Below, in pieces: positions 63,276 to 64,000 of a DNA stretch of 64,000 bases. This stretch comes from Candidatus Hermodarchaeum yapensis (GTDB taxonomy: Archaea; Asgardarchaeota; Hermodarchaeia; Hermodarchaeales; Hermodarchaeaceae). The first letter of the stretch is position 1. Each line of letters starts with the position of its first letter. Where the stretch lies: the NCBI GenBank assembly GCA_016840405.1, contig JAEOSK010000002.1:68042-132041 (forward strand). The letters run 5' to 3'. The notes beneath the pieces are model-generated. The model searched no databases. It was not told the DNA's origin and was given only the letters and a program-made list of their open reading frames with translations. The translations under genes were made by a program, and so were the position numbers.

Positions 63276-63827
63276 TTATATAGACTTTGTCGTGTGTTGA
63301 TGGAGGAGCTCGGAAATAGTCTGAAAGAGATCTTTAACGTTTGCGCCCGTTTTCGCAGAAGTTTCCATATACCCTAGCATGTTAAGTTTTTTCGCGACTT
63401 TTTCAGCCTGTTCTTTTGTAACAACCCTATCTTCTTTCAAATCTACTTTGTTACCGACCAAGTACAGGAGAACTTCGGGTGCACCTTTACGGACATCATC
63501 GACCCATTCGTTAACGCATTTGAGTGAATCTTTTCGGGTAAGATCGTATACGACGATAGCGAAATCAGTTCCAAAGAGATATTGGACTCGTACTCGCCGA
63601 AATGAAGTTTGACCTGCAAGATCCCAGACCTGTAAGGAAATGTCCGAATCCTTCGCCTTGGTCTTAAACGTTGAAATCGCTGCTCCTAACGTCGCCTTGT
63701 ATCCTTCATCGAAAGAATCAGTCATGTAACGTTTGATTATCGAAGTTTTTCCGACGGCGTAGTCACCAATGACGGAGACTTTGAATCTGAATTGGCTGCC
63801 TTTCGCTTCCATTTTTTTAAACACCAA
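63276..63827 (-). CDS. Ras/Rab-like small GTPase
   Basis: G1 GDYAVGKTS, G3 WDLAGQ, G4 GNKVDL, G5 ETSAK. 183 aa, no C-terminal lipidation Cys. Confidence 0.85.
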   Translation of the reverse strand: MVFKKMEAKGSQFRFKVSVIGDYAVGKTSIIKRYMTDSFDEGYKATLGAAISTFKTKAKDSDISLQVWDLAGQTSFRRVRVQYLFGTDFAIVVYDLTRKDSLKCVNEWVDDVRKGAPEVLLYLVGNKVDLKEDRVVTKEQAEKVAKKLNMLGYMETSAKTGANVKDLFQTISELLHQHTTKSI

Positions 63828-64000
63828 ACCCTTGTATTGGTAACCCTCACGTCAAATTGTATCTAATTAAATTTAAGCCCGTCGGTTTCATTTCGTAGTT
63901 TTTCTGCGTCATTGCCAAGTTATTGAATCGGTGGTAGATCAGACACTTGGACTCCTTTTTCGTTAATTATGAGGAGAAGCGGGTTCATTTGGTGACTGGT

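Noticed and set aside
1-64000. Search by eye for CRISPR arrays, tRNA/rRNA genes, and transposase/integrase or toxin-antitoxin/defence cassettes.
   Set aside because: No regularly spaced direct repeats, no T-loop/acceptor-like tRNA signatures in the intergenic regions, and no recognisable transposase, integrase, restriction, Cas or abortive-infection motifs were seen. An Infernal/tRNAscan/HMM run is needed to be sure.

Overview
This 64-kb segment looks like an archaeal chromosome. Evidence: TTTAAATA-type promoter boxes, GGAGG-like ribosome-binding sites, ThyX, an AsnRS-derived asparagine synthetase, NikR/Lrp/AbrB regulators, DUF35/thiolase modules and an intein-bearing family-B DNA polymerase. 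Two Ras/Rab-like small GTPases and a longin-like protein suggest an Asgard-type lineage, but that is inference only. I call about 60 protein genes, mostly metabolism, transport and surface proteins. I found no rRNA, tRNA, CRISPR array, transposase or integrase. The only mobile element is a 531-aa LAGLIDADG intein inside polB. The strongest candidate for an undescribed system is a tightly packed small GTPase / tandem KaiC-like ATPase / CheY-receiver operon (61434-63827). Other items worth follow-up: (1) a translationally coupled DUF35 / thiolase-like / thiolase-like / DUF35 block in which both thiolase folds lack the nucleophilic Cys; (2) a GC-rich polB with non-canonical exonuclease and polymerase motifs whose intein has host-like composition; (3) a tusA-dsrE-iscS-iscU operon whose IscS has Asp at the PLP-lysine position; (4) a desulfurase with a gutted second desulfurase-like module; (5) a propeller-clostripain-PPC-TM-zinc-ribbon surface protease; (6) a promoter-to-terminator hairpin-rich candidate ncRNA; (7) an in-frame TAA separating an ectodomain from its membrane anchor; (8) a HAD hydrolase whose catalytic motif lies upstream of any canonical start codon. 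All family calls come from motif reading by eye, with no database search. Start codons are the least certain coordinates.
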